Shown here: positions 29,521-38,095 of the stretch, piece after piece
How the letters are laid out: each line of letters starts with the position of its first letter
Numbering within the stretch: position 1 is the first letter of the stretch
Source of the DNA: a virus
Taxonomy: Duplodnaviria > Heunggongvirae > Uroviricota > Caudoviricetes
IMG/VR virus record: IMGVR_UViG_3300032156_000005
Span: 1-64,000 of that record
Strand: one strand, 5' to 3'
Length of the DNA: 64,000 nucleotides
Made by a program: the position numbers and the translations under genes
Notes under the pieces: generated by a model
The model's input: only the letters and a program-made list of their open reading frames with translations
Database searches by the model: none
What the model was told of the DNA's origin: nothing

Positions 29521-29999
29521 TAGCGACTCCTCTTCTTCGCTGGCTTCTTCGCTGGCTTCTTCGCTGGCTTCTTCGCTGGCTTCTTCGCTGGCTTCTTCGC
29601 TGGCTCAGTTGGCTGAATGTTGTATGGGTTATCCTGAATCTCCAGTGGATTATTGGGCATGTTATTTAATGACTCGGGTAACAATCCCTCTTTAATCATT
29701 TCTTCCGTCTCAAAGTAGCAGGCAAGATTCCACAAGGCTGCTACCAGATGTGGCTCATCACGATGCCCAATTAGATGCTTACCAGCATGCCTGATAGCAC
29801 TATCGATGTAACACCGTAGATCAATTCCCTTTCTCCAATTATCAGGTCCATATTTGGTGGCACCGTCCTCAAAGTGTTGTGCTAAACGGATCAGTGATCG
29901 CATAGGCAGCAGATCCATTCGCCCCTTGCCTGATGCACAATCTCGCACGGCCCCGGTAGAAAATTGTCTACGTGTTCCAGAATCCTTTAATGTGGCCAT
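29520..29999 (-). CDS. dATP/dGTP diphosphohydrolase-like N-terminal domain protein with C-terminal (PAKK)6 basic tail
   Basis: Motifs SGKGRMDLLP...GATKYGPDNWRKG...RHAGKHLIG.RDEPHLVAALWNLACYFE match, from memory, the phage dNTP-diphosphohydrolase N-domain pattern. C-terminus PAKKPAKKPAKKPAKKPAKKPAKK. Confidence 0.45.
   Translation of the reverse strand: MATLKDSGTRRQFSTGAVRDCASGKGRMDLLPMRSLIRLAQHFEDGATKYGPDNWRKGIDLRCYIDSAIRHAGKHLIGHRDEPHLVAALWNLACYFETEEMIKEGLLPESLNNMPNNPLEIQDNPYNIQPTEPAKKPAKKPAKKPAKKPAKKPAKKRSR
29532..29603 (-). repeat. Perfect 12-bp x 6 tandem repeat (CTTCTTCGCTGG) encoding (PAKK)6
   Basis: Six identical head-to-tail copies between 29532 and 29603. Confidence 0.9.
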
Positions 30000-30013
30000 T
30001 ATTTTCTCCTTTA

Positions 30014-30736
30014 TTAGTCAATCTCGATTATTTGTTGAACTTCTGGCTTATAGTAATCAGCTTTAGCTACGAGCATCCGTAAATTATGGGTTACTTGTAC
30101 GTCTCCACCTAAATGTGTATGTCCACATAGAATCGTGATATTACAATTTGGACGATGGTTCGCGTATTCTAGTAATAGATCTCCAACTGCCTTACAAGAA
30201 AAATAGGGTTGGTAGTCTGGGTCGTTCATAGCAAAAGGTGGAACATGTGTAGCGACAATAACATTAGGAAACTTACAGGCTAGATCAAGTAGTGGTCGTA
30301 GCATCTTGGCTGCATCGTCGCCCAAACTGTAGAGTTTGGATCTCAAATCACTGCGTCCACGCAGTTCAGCGATGAAATTCCAATCGTTTAGGTATACATT
30401 CGAGGTATCTGTATTGCCATACCTGCAATCACCCCAGCCATCGACTCCAATCAAAGCAGTTTTATTCGTTAGTTGGACTAGGGCAGTTGACAAATAACCA
30501 GAATGCTTTGCAGCTAATTCACGGCTGGCTTCAATTGACCCGTGATAAGAATCATGGTTTCCTAACACAAAATAAGTATTAGTATGCAAGTCGGCTAAGA
30601 CTTCTTCTAGAATATGGGCGTCTGCAAGATCACCAGTTATGATAAGGGCATCCGCGTCCACGGAGTTTAAAAAATCTGTCCTTTGCTGCTTAGTCACAAA
30701 ATTAAAGTGCAAATCACTTGCCCATGCTATTTTCAT
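30014..30736 (-). CDS. Calcineurin-like metallophosphoesterase
   Basis: Motifs ASDLH (D-x-H), ITGDLAD (GD), LGNHD (GNH[DE]), ATHVPP and CGHTHLG (GH-x-H). Start at the second in-frame Met (MKIAWASDLHF), which avoids overlap with the small upstream ORF. Confidence 0.7.
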   Translation of the reverse strand: MKIAWASDLHFNFVTKQQRTDFLNSVDADALIITGDLADAHILEEVLADLHTNTYFVLGNHDSYHGSIEASRELAAKHSGYLSTALVQLTNKTALIGVDGWGDCRYGNTDTSNVYLNDWNFIAELRGRSDLRSKLYSLGDDAAKMLRPLLDLACKFPNVIVATHVPPFAMNDPDYQPYFSCKAVGDLLLEYANHRPNCNITILCGHTHLGGDVQVTHNLRMLVAKADYYKPEVQQIIEID

Positions 30737-30746
30737 TCTAGTCTTT

Positions 30747-30908
30747 CTAAACAGAGTAAATCTCTTCCCGCTCTTCAATCGTCATATACTCGCCCCCATG
30801 CATTCGGGCGAATTTAATGGGATCCCGTTTAAAATCACCAGTCCACTGTATCTCCGCAACTGGAAAATCATACTCAGCATCTCGATAAATGGTGATAATG
30901 TATTCCAT
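30747..30908 (-). CDS. Small hypothetical protein (53 aa)
   Basis: ORF MEYIITIYRDAEYDFPVAEIQWTGDFKRDPIKFARMHGGEYMTIEEREEIYSV filling the gap between the primase-helicase and phosphoesterase genes on the same strand. Below the track's 60-aa cut-off. Confidence 0.25.
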   Translation of the reverse strand: MEYIITIYRDAEYDFPVAEIQWTGDFKRDPIKFARMHGGEYMTIEEREEIYSV

Positions 30909-30909
30909 A

Positions 30910-33627
30910 TTAAACCTCTAGTTTCAAGTAACCATGACTGATAACAAACTTGCATCCAGGTCCAGCTTCATCTGTCAGGGAAATATTTCCGATAAATTTC
31001 TTATTCCCCTTAAACTTACCAGTAGGAAATTGAGGCGGCAAATGACTTAAAACCGATGATCTATTCCAGAAGTTCCCCTCGGTGGATGGCAGTTGTACCA
31101 AAAACTGTTCCATGAATTCATCCAAGGAGATTAACAGGCCGGGCACTTCAAAGCAACACTCGTCAATAAAGGTCTCCAGCGAATTCTTGTTAGCGTCAAT
31201 TAACTGTTCCTTACTCGCTGTCCCAACAATTGGCAGACGTAGGCGATGCTCCACGTCTGGAAGTTGTAGGTTCATAAGCGTATACATGAAATATGGCGCT
31301 TCCTCTTTGAGTTTTTCAATGAGTGTGCGGTTAGGTATTTCCTGTACTAGATGGTCAACGTAAATCATCGTTACTCGTGTGTCACCTGAAAATACAGGAC
31401 AACTGTCTCGATTATTTGAGCATTGAATCCAGTGTGTGGTATTTGGTTGCACACATACCTGTTTGTATTTTGCGTGAATGGCAATAGTATCGGCAGTCAC
31501 AAGATCCTTAATCTTGTTATAGACTGCCGTCGCATTCTGTGCAATATTCTTTTCTTCCACCACACATAATACTGCGCCAGCTAGCTCGCCATTAAAATCA
31601 CCCGAGTTGGTCAAGGCACCATCTGCCCGCATAACCCCACCTTCCATCAAGGTTTGTATAGCTTGATGTAGAATGGTTTTTCCGGTATTTTGATTACCCC
31701 ATAGGTATAAATACGGCAGATGCTCAAATGGCTCCCGGATCATTAAAGCGATCCATCGCTGTAAATAGTCCTTACCAGTGCAAATACCGTTCCGTTGTGC
31801 CCATGCTAATTCGCGTAAATTCGCTGTAAGGTCCGCCCCTGTATGCTCTAATATCATATCCCAGTGCGGATGTGGAGAGTCTCCAGGTTCATAAGGTTCT
31901 GGTTTGTACTTGAGTTTTGGCGCTTTTAGATTCCACTGACGATCCCCAGGGAACTCGTCTTGGAAGGGCACGTGAGTGATTGTCCACGCTTTAGATAATG
32001 CCTCACCCAATACAACCTCGGCATTTTCCTCATATCCAGCGGCCTTTAGACGCGATCTAGCGTCGTCCTTTGAAGTGAATACCCAACACCCCTTCTCATG
32101 CCAGTAAGCCCAGCCAGAGGTATTATTGTCAGAGGAAATCAGACATCGAATATACTTGTCTACTTCCTCAAATTCTACATTCACCTCACCACGTAATCTA
32201 GTATCAATATTGTAGATCCGGAAGAACTTTCCCTTCTTTTGGAGCCACCCATCAGGTTCAGTTTTATCCTCAGAGTGTTTCACAATCTCAACAAGCAACT
32301 TACCCCCCTTATAGGGCTGTAAACGCACCTGTCTATCTTCTAGCTCTTCAGGTATTTCAATCCCATGACCCATTGACTTAATGGCCGCAATAGCAGTTTG
32401 TGCGTCAGGAAAGGTATAGCCGCCGCCTTTGATGTCGTCTTCAAGACCATCAAAGGCTGCGGCTGCTCCATCTAATGAAAGTGGCTTGTTATAAAAACAA
32501 TAGGTCCAACCGCTCTTATCCAGTTTCCATGTCTCGTGTTCCGTAGCCCCCTTGCCAAATCGACAAGCACGGAATGCGCCATTTTCCATTGGGAACAAAA
32601 AACAATTTGGCTTCCCAGGATCACGCCCCTCTGCGAGAGTATCAAAAGCCCCAAGTATTGGGGCGTCGGATTTTGCACGCTCTTCAAACAGGAGTTTCAA
32701 CGCTTTAGTATGCGTTTGAAGAAGATGATGGTCAGAGATCCATACTGTAGTAAATGTATTGTATTGCTGTAATTCTGCAATTATTCTTTTATGTGCGTCA
32801 TCTAGTGGCGTGTTTCGCTGTGCAGCAGCTTTACCAGCGACAACCTCTTGGTCCTCTTCATCAATCCCTTCGATACGGATTTTGGACCGCTTGCATGACG
32901 CTACATCAATATAAGCCTTCCAATTCTCAGGGGGAATAAAATATGATCGACCACCGTCTGAATCCACATTATCTTTTAAGGTCACAAAACCTTGGTTCTC
33001 TACGGTAGTCCGCTTGGAATAGACCCACATATTCCCACCACCAACGTCCATACTGGCCTCAAAATTGAATTCAACCCTTCGGCTGATTTCTTTCAAACAG
33101 GCCAGAGCCAGTGCAGCGTGCTCTGTATGGTTGTCTGTAGGTGGCAGGTCTTCTGGATCAAACTCCAGATAGAAATGCAATCCACTACCACTGGTGCTCT
33201 TTAAAACTAGTGCCTCGGGGATCTCCATCAATTTTGTCAGAACAGTATTTAACTGTTCCTTGTCTATCCCAACACCTTTGGCATGTGATGTAATTGAATC
33301 GAAGTCAAAACCACACCGCACAGAGCGTCTATGACGCCAATCCCATCCAGTCAAACCAATTGAATCCACGTGACGATCAAGTGGATACCGTAATTCATGG
33401 TCATTATCGATTGGATCGGTATTTGCTTGTTTTGGTATCCTAATATTATACCAATCATAGCTGAAACTATTTGATGTATACACACCATTCTTTCCAGCTA
33501 CGGGTTCTCCTGTACCTTGTGATACAAGTACTTGAACCTCCATATCTGGATTATACCACGAGGCAACTCGTGGGTTATTATGTGATACCAGATTAAAGTA
33601 TGCAAGAAGTTGTTCAGTGGCTTTCAT
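30910..33627 (-). CDS. Bifunctional primase-polymerase (AEP family) / SF3 (D5-like) helicase
   Basis: N-terminal AEP motifs CGFDFDS (DxD) and STSGSGLHFYLEF (sGxGxHxY). C-terminal Walker A LWGNQNTGKT and Walker B VLCVVEE. Matches P4-alpha/D5-like primase-helicases. Confidence 0.8.
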   Translation of the reverse strand: MKATEQLLAYFNLVSHNNPRVASWYNPDMEVQVLVSQGTGEPVAGKNGVYTSNSFSYDWYNIRIPKQANTDPIDNDHELRYPLDRHVDSIGLTGWDWRHRRSVRCGFDFDSITSHAKGVGIDKEQLNTVLTKLMEIPEALVLKSTSGSGLHFYLEFDPEDLPPTDNHTEHAALALACLKEISRRVEFNFEASMDVGGGNMWVYSKRTTVENQGFVTLKDNVDSDGGRSYFIPPENWKAYIDVASCKRSKIRIEGIDEEDQEVVAGKAAAQRNTPLDDAHKRIIAELQQYNTFTTVWISDHHLLQTHTKALKLLFEERAKSDAPILGAFDTLAEGRDPGKPNCFLFPMENGAFRACRFGKGATEHETWKLDKSGWTYCFYNKPLSLDGAAAAFDGLEDDIKGGGYTFPDAQTAIAAIKSMGHGIEIPEELEDRQVRLQPYKGGKLLVEIVKHSEDKTEPDGWLQKKGKFFRIYNIDTRLRGEVNVEFEEVDKYIRCLISSDNNTSGWAYWHEKGCWVFTSKDDARSRLKAAGYEENAEVVLGEALSKAWTITHVPFQDEFPGDRQWNLKAPKLKYKPEPYEPGDSPHPHWDMILEHTGADLTANLRELAWAQRNGICTGKDYLQRWIALMIREPFEHLPYLYLWGNQNTGKTILHQAIQTLMEGGVMRADGALTNSGDFNGELAGAVLCVVEEKNIAQNATAVYNKIKDLVTADTIAIHAKYKQVCVQPNTTHWIQCSNNRDSCPVFSGDTRVTMIYVDHLVQEIPNRTLIEKLKEEAPYFMYTLMNLQLPDVEHRLRLPIVGTASKEQLIDANKNSLETFIDECCFEVPGLLISLDEFMEQFLVQLPSTEGNFWNRSSVLSHLPPQFPTGKFKGNKKFIGNISLTDEAGPGCKFVISHGYLKLEV

Positions 33628-33660
33628 GTATTATCCTCGTGACAATTTTACTCTAACAGG

Positions 33661-34320
33661 ATAGACGGGGATTGGGGGATAAAAGCACGTAAAAAATATT
33701 GAACTTAACAATTGAAATGAACATCGGTCGAATTGAAATTAACATTTGGCGATTTTTGTCTTTTTTAGTAACTTGATTTTATGTAAGTTGTTTGCTTATA
33801 AGTAGTTAGAATAAAAACATATCCCATAATTTCTTTTTTAGCAAAGTGGATATTTTTAAGTGTTCATTTCAATTGACGTAACTCCTCGACATCAAATAAG
33901 TTGCGAGATGTGTAAAAGTGACTTAGATTAAAAACACCCCCTTTTATTTCCGATTCAAAAATCAAAGACTTCTCTTAGACAGAAAACACACTTACTATTT
34001 TCCTGACCCTTGTACCCCTAAATAGGAAAAAGAAATAAAAGGTAGTGTTTTTAATCTAAGTCATTTTTACTCATCTCGTAACTTATTTGATGCCTAGGAG
34101 TTACGTCAATTGAAATGAACACTTAAAAATATCCACTTTGCTAAAAAGAAATTCTGTGGTATGTTTTTATTCTAACTACTTATAAGCAAACAACTTACAT
34201 AAAATCAAATTACTAAAAAAAATAAAAATCGCCAAATGTTAATTTCAATTCGACCGATGTTCATTTCAATTGTTAAGTTCAATATTTTTTACGTGCTTTT
34301 AACCCCTAATCCCCGTCTAT
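33661..34320. repeat. ~660-bp near-perfect inverted repeat (palindrome) with six 15-bp iteron-like motifs; candidate replication origin / partition site
   Basis: 33661-33800 is the reverse complement of 34181-34320 (~97% identity), and arm identity decays towards an ~82-bp unique centre (33951-34032). Motif CAATTGAAATGAACA (or GAATTGAAATTAACA) sits at 33709, 33730 and 33861 (inverted), and mirrored at 34107, 34237 and 34258. It lies between the divergent primase-helicase and ParB-like genes. Confidence 0.85.
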
Positions 34321-34340
34321 ACCAACAGAGGATTCTTTCT

Positions 34341-34628
34341 ATGCTAGGAACACCACGACTATTAGATAATGGATACATCATCTACCCACAGAGAGGTAGT
34401 GTCATACCTCCATGCCCCGAGGGTTATCGCAGACAATCGGAACGAGGGCCAGGGGCTTGGATATTTGTACCACTATGGAAATTATGTGAATTTCGTAGTA
34501 AAGTACTAAGGCGTAGAGAGGATTGTAATTGCGAAATAATAGTACATATTTGTGGTCATACTCTATATCAAGGCTCTGAATTAACAGCCGAACAATGTGA
34601 AGCCTGCAACTTATGTCCGAAAAGCTAG
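34341..34628 (+). CDS. Small Cys-rich protein (95 aa)
   Basis: ATG at 34341 preceded by GAGG 8 nt upstream. Cys motifs CPEGY, C-x-C (DCNCE), CGH, CEACNLC. The track ORF 34236..34628 extends upstream into the palindrome arm and is probably too long. Confidence 0.3.
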   Translation: MLGTPRLLDNGYIIYPQRGSVIPPCPEGYRRQSERGPGAWIFVPLWKLCEFRSKVLRRREDCNCEIIVHICGHTLYQGSELTAEQCEACNLCPKS

Positions 34629-35590
34629 CCAATATTGACGTTAAACTATTGATGCCGTCATTTGTACTACTGCGACTGGTGGATAAGACGTCACTAGATT
34701 ATATCGAAATGCGGGATTCAATAGCTGCACACGGATTTTTCGGCTCCATTTGTGTCCGTGTTTCTATACGACACCCTGGAAAATATGAGGTAATCAATGG
34801 CCTACATCGTTACTGTTGTGCTCTCGACTGCGGACTCGAGACTGTCCCATGTATCATCAAAGAGGCGACAGACGCTGAGGTAAAAAACTGGCAAGTGCAG
34901 GCGAATTTAATACGCCGAGAGACTACAAATGCGGAGTATGCGGCACGATTAAAGATGCTTTTTGTTGAAAATCCTGAACTCACACTGGAGGTTCTATCAG
35001 TCGAATTACATTGTCGCCCGCAGAAATTACAAGATATCTTGAGGTTAAATCGACTCATTCCCGAGGCAAAAAAACACCTTGACGTAGGCAATCTTCCATT
35101 GACATCCGCATATTCACTGTGCAGATTACCAAAACAATTGCAAGAAGACCTAGTGGATAAGGCACTATCACTGAGTGCGCGGGAGTTTGTACAACTCTCT
35201 AACGGATACAGTAAGGCGTTTAGAGAGGCAATTTATGACGGAAAATTCAGTAAATATCTTCAAAGTGACACACCTCCACAACCCCATCTTCGGTCTTTTG
35301 CGGACGTTAGAAATGAATACAATCGGCCACTCAACGGGGAATTAATTCTAAAAGACCTAAAAAATTCTACTCCAATTGATATTTGGCTGGCATCTTTGGC
35401 ATGGGTTTTGCACTTAGATGCAGAGTCTATCCGCAAGACACGAGAATTGGCAGTTAAACGGGCCGAGACAGAAAAGGATAGCATAGTACGTAGGGTACAG
35501 AATCGAGCCGAATGTGCCACAATAAGGCAAGCAGCCAAGAAAATGGGAATTGACCCTAGCGATCAGGTAATGATCGAGGGTATGACGTAA
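34613..35590 (+). CDS. ParB-like N-terminal domain protein
   Basis: KYEVINGLHRYCCALDCGL matches the ParB/sulfiredoxin GxxR arginine-finger box. An upstream Glu/Asp-containing box lies in DYIEMRDSIAAHGF. Confidence 0.55.
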   Translation: MSEKLANIDVKLLMPSFVLLRLVDKTSLDYIEMRDSIAAHGFFGSICVRVSIRHPGKYEVINGLHRYCCALDCGLETVPCIIKEATDAEVKNWQVQANLIRRETTNAEYAARLKMLFVENPELTLEVLSVELHCRPQKLQDILRLNRLIPEAKKHLDVGNLPLTSAYSLCRLPKQLQEDLVDKALSLSAREFVQLSNGYSKAFREAIYDGKFSKYLQSDTPPQPHLRSFADVRNEYNRPLNGELILKDLKNSTPIDIWLASLAWVLHLDAESIRKTRELAVKRAETEKDSIVRRVQNRAECATIRQAAKKMGIDPSDQVMIEGMT

Positions 35591-35628
35591 GTTGTTTTTA
35601 GTTTTTCACCTATTTAAGGAGTTAGAGT

Positions 35629-36363
35629 ATGAAGAGTTCACTGGTCACCGTTAATCTTGAGAATCTACCCGCCGTCGGCTATAATGCCGCCAGCGACCTG
35701 CTCAGTGATTTGACCAAGAGTAATGAGTATCTAAACCGTGTCCAGTTGTACACCAAGGGTGCTGCAATTGACAAGGGTCTGATTCCACCTGGACACTACG
35801 GTGTGCCAGATGGGGACGACAACATCAAGGGACTTGGTGTGGAGATTGATATTCTGCCACTATGTTGCCGCCCGAAGGCTTTGGATCTCCGTGATAAGGA
35901 CACAATTGTAACAAATTATGACCCCACCTCGGATACCTTTAAGACAATCAAGGAACTAGGTTCTACGCAGAATTCTGGTTGCATGTATGGTCTTACCTTC
36001 CTTATTTTCGAGCGTAGCACAGGACAATTTTATGAACTATTCTGTGGCACGAAATCGATGCGAACAGAATCGAATAAGATTGCAGACTTTTTGTCTTTGA
36101 CAGAAAAGGACGCTGCATATCTCGAAGAGAAGAAGGGAATTCATACGGATCCACATGGTCCGCTTCCCTGCACGTTGAAGGCTAAGTATGTGACGAAGCA
36201 TAACTATGGCTGGCATGTGCCAGTCTGTGTTAAGTGTTCGACACCATTTAGTAATCTACCCCCTATTGATAGGATTCAAGCCGAGGTGGAAAAGTTTATG
36301 GGACTAAAAAATACGGAGATTGAGAAGGTCGAAGAGACCTCCACTCCGAAGCGGGCACGATAG
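35629..36363 (+). CDS. Hypothetical protein (244 aa)
   Basis: Strong RBS AAGGAG 8 nt upstream. Followed by a strong terminator. No recognised motif. Confidence 0.4.
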   Translation: MKSSLVTVNLENLPAVGYNAASDLLSDLTKSNEYLNRVQLYTKGAAIDKGLIPPGHYGVPDGDDNIKGLGVEIDILPLCCRPKALDLRDKDTIVTNYDPTSDTFKTIKELGSTQNSGCMYGLTFLIFERSTGQFYELFCGTKSMRTESNKIADFLSLTEKDAAYLEEKKGIHTDPHGPLPCTLKAKYVTKHNYGWHVPVCVKCSTPFSNLPPIDRIQAEVEKFMGLKNTEIEKVEETSTPKRAR

Positions 36364-36371
36364 TCGTTTTC

Positions 36372-36420
36372 CAAAGTCGGGAGTGGTCATAAATAGATCA
36401 CTCCCGACTTTGGTTCTTTT
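36372..36420 (+). terminator. Rho-independent terminator
   Basis: Perfect 14-bp stem CAAAGTCGGGAGTG / CACTCCCGACTTTG (36372-36385 / 36399-36412) followed by GTTCTTTT. Confidence 0.75.
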
Positions 36421-36438
36421 ATTTCAAGGAGTTTCATT

Positions 36439-36609
36439 ATGGTTCTAGCGTTAGTTTCGTATTATTTGGGTGGCGTTACAGTGGCACTTTTCACGGAACA
36501 AATGGGTGATGGTATTCAAGTGTCCGATGTACTGGCGGCAGCCACATGGCCACTCAGCACAATCGCATATGTTGTTGAATACATCAAAGGTTGGAGGGCC
36601 GGTGTGTGA
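36439..36609 (+). CDS. Small membrane protein (56 aa)
   Basis: RBS AAGGAG. MVLALVSYYLGGVTVALF... has two hydrophobic helices. Below the track cut-off. Confidence 0.3.
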   Translation: MVLALVSYYLGGVTVALFTEQMGDGIQVSDVLAAATWPLSTIAYVVEYIKGWRAGV

Positions 36610-36785
36610 AATATCTAGTCCGTTGGGTACATGACCTTGGATTATTTGGTGCTGGACTCTGGGCGGGTGGCGTGTCAGTTATACTGACCGAGTTTCATGC
36701 CCAATGGGGTAGTATCCCTAACCAAGCAGATTGGTTGTTGTCTGTAGCATGCTGGCCGTGGTATCTTGCATGTTATTGGTGGTAA
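36606..36785 (+). CDS. Small membrane protein (59 aa; GTG start, or TTG at 36591 as in the track)
   Basis: GTGA overlap with the upstream small ORF. Trp-rich hydrophobic helices (GLFGAGLWAGGVSVIL, WLLSVACWPWYLACYWW). Confidence 0.3.
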   Translation: MKYLVRWVHDLGLFGAGLWAGGVSVILTEFHAQWGSIPNQADWLLSVACWPWYLACYWW

Positions 36786-36789
36786 ATAA

Positions 36790-36862
36790 AAGCAGGGTGG
36801 AGTAGTTGGTAACTCGATTGGCTCATAACCAATAGATCGTCGGTTCAAGTCCGGCCCCTGCC
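36790..36862 (+). tRNA. tRNA with CAU anticodon (Met / fMet-like / possibly Ile2-lysidine)
   Basis: Manual cloverleaf fold. Acceptor 36790-36796 pairs with 36855-36861 (6 bp plus an A1·C72 mismatch). U8, D-stem GAGU/ACUC, D-loop AGUUGGUA with G18G19. Anticodon stem AUUGG/CCAAU, loop CUCAUAA. 5-nt variable loop. T-stem GUCGG/CCGGC, T-loop UUCAAGU. Discriminator A. No encoded CCA. Confidence 0.8.
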
Positions 36863-36910
36863 ACTATGGACGTACCGTTCTTTTGTCACGGTAACTTTTA
36901 GGGGGTAAGT

Positions 36911-37366
36911 ATGTCGGAGCGTTTTTATACAATTGGTGGCTACTTGCTATTTATCACGATAGCTTCAGTGGTAATTGGTATTGGCACATATTTGTACAGC
37001 GGTATAGCTGAAACATCCCAAGTATGTCCTGTGGTGACACTACGGGCGTGGGTTGAATTAGAGCCGCTCCCGGCGAGGGCATACTTGATTATTAATCTGA
37101 AGCCTGGATATACGATTGACGATTTAGCAGCCAGTGAGCCATTTCGTACGCGAATTGAGGATATTTTAACTGACGATTGTAACTATACTTCGGAGGACGG
37201 AGTCTGGAATTTAGTTGCAAAGCATGGTGACTTTACCATCTATTGCCTACCAATTAAAGTAATCACCAACGATAAACCAGTAAAGATTACCGGACAAATA
37301 CGAGTTACCCTCTACACCTCAGAAGAATGTTTTCCACCAGAGTGGTTGGATTTTGAGACACTATGA
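36911..37366 (+). CDS. Membrane-anchored hypothetical protein (151 aa)
   Basis: N-terminal TM helix YLLFITIASVVIGIGTYLY. Follows the tRNA and a short hairpin. Confidence 0.4.
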   Translation: MSERFYTIGGYLLFITIASVVIGIGTYLYSGIAETSQVCPVVTLRAWVELEPLPARAYLIINLKPGYTIDDLAASEPFRTRIEDILTDDCNYTSEDGVWNLVAKHGDFTIYCLPIKVITNDKPVKITGQIRVTLYTSEECFPPEWLDFETL

Positions 37367-37590
37367 CACTGGGATGGCTTGGTAATATACTAATTTTGAT
37401 GTCGCTCTGGAAGACTGGATGTAAAAAGAAATCCGGTTGGATCTGGAGTTTTGCGGGTAATATAGTATGGATAGCATACGCCACTCAATTAAGAATGTGG
37501 GATATGTTTTTTGTTGACGCAATTTGTATAGGCGTAGCAATTTACAATTATATTAAATGGAGATCCGATGACAATAAACGAATTGATTAA
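37363..37590 (+). CDS. Small membrane protein (75 aa)
   Basis: Two Trp-rich hydrophobic helices. ATGA overlap with the upstream gene. Confidence 0.35.
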   Translation: MTLGWLGNILILMSLWKTGCKKKSGWIWSFAGNIVWIAYATQLRMWDMFFVDAICIGVAIYNYIKWRSDDNKRID

Positions 37591-37903
37591 CGAATCACAT
37601 CAAACCGCAATTGACAAAGGTTGGTGGGTCAATACAGACCGAAATTTTGGCGAACTCCTCATGCTCATGGTGGGTGAATTATCAGAGGCGATGGAAGAAT
37701 ATAGGAAGCACGGTACAGACGTCTTAAACATGCTGTACACAAAAGATGGAAAACCCGAAGGGATTGCGGTTGAATTCGCCGACGTACTAATTCGTATGGC
37801 CGATACGTGTGCTCACTACCACATTCCACTGGACGAGGCACTACGCATCAAGTTGGAATTCAATAAGACACGATCATATAGGCATGGGGGTAAGTTAGCT
37901 TGA
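37568..37903 (+). CDS. MazG-like nucleoside triphosphate pyrophosphohydrolase
   Basis: All-alpha NTP-PPase signature: LMLMVGELSEAMEEYRK (E-x-x-E-x-x-E) and EGIAVEFADVLIRMADT (E-x-x-D second metal-binding helix). Confidence 0.65.
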   Translation: MTINELINESHQTAIDKGWWVNTDRNFGELLMLMVGELSEAMEEYRKHGTDVLNMLYTKDGKPEGIAVEFADVLIRMADTCAHYHIPLDEALRIKLEFNKTRSYRHGGKLA

Positions 37904-38094
37904 ACGCCAAACAAATTGAGAATTGTATTGACGAACTAAACTCAGTGCTTAGAAAATATGACTCGCACATTGAGGAAGATTATGGGGAGATTTCCCTTGA
38001 TCGTGGGTACACTCCACTCATAGCGGGGATTCATTTTAGTAAGAATATGCCCTTACTAGAAGAAGTTATACACACAACTCTATGGTTATACTAG
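37900..38094 (+). CDS. Hypothetical protein (64 aa)
   Basis: Overlapping start with the MazG-like gene. No motif. Confidence 0.3.
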   Translation: MNAKQIENCIDELNSVLRKYDSHIEEDYGEISLDRGYTPLIAGIHFSKNMPLLEEVIHTTLWLY

Positions 38095-38095
38095 T

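Noticed and set aside
30639-30941. 100-aa plus-strand ORF spanning the phosphoesterase and primase gene junction
   Set aside because: Lies antisense to two well-supported minus-strand genes plus a small minus-strand ORF. No RBS and odd composition.
33661-34320. Hairpin-telomere or protelomerase resolution site (telRL)
   Set aside because: Known tel sites are ~50-60-bp palindromes next to a ~600-aa protelomerase gene. No protelomerase-like ORF (tyrosine-recombinase-type) is seen nearby and the palindrome is tenfold larger, so an origin, centromere or foldback element is more likely.
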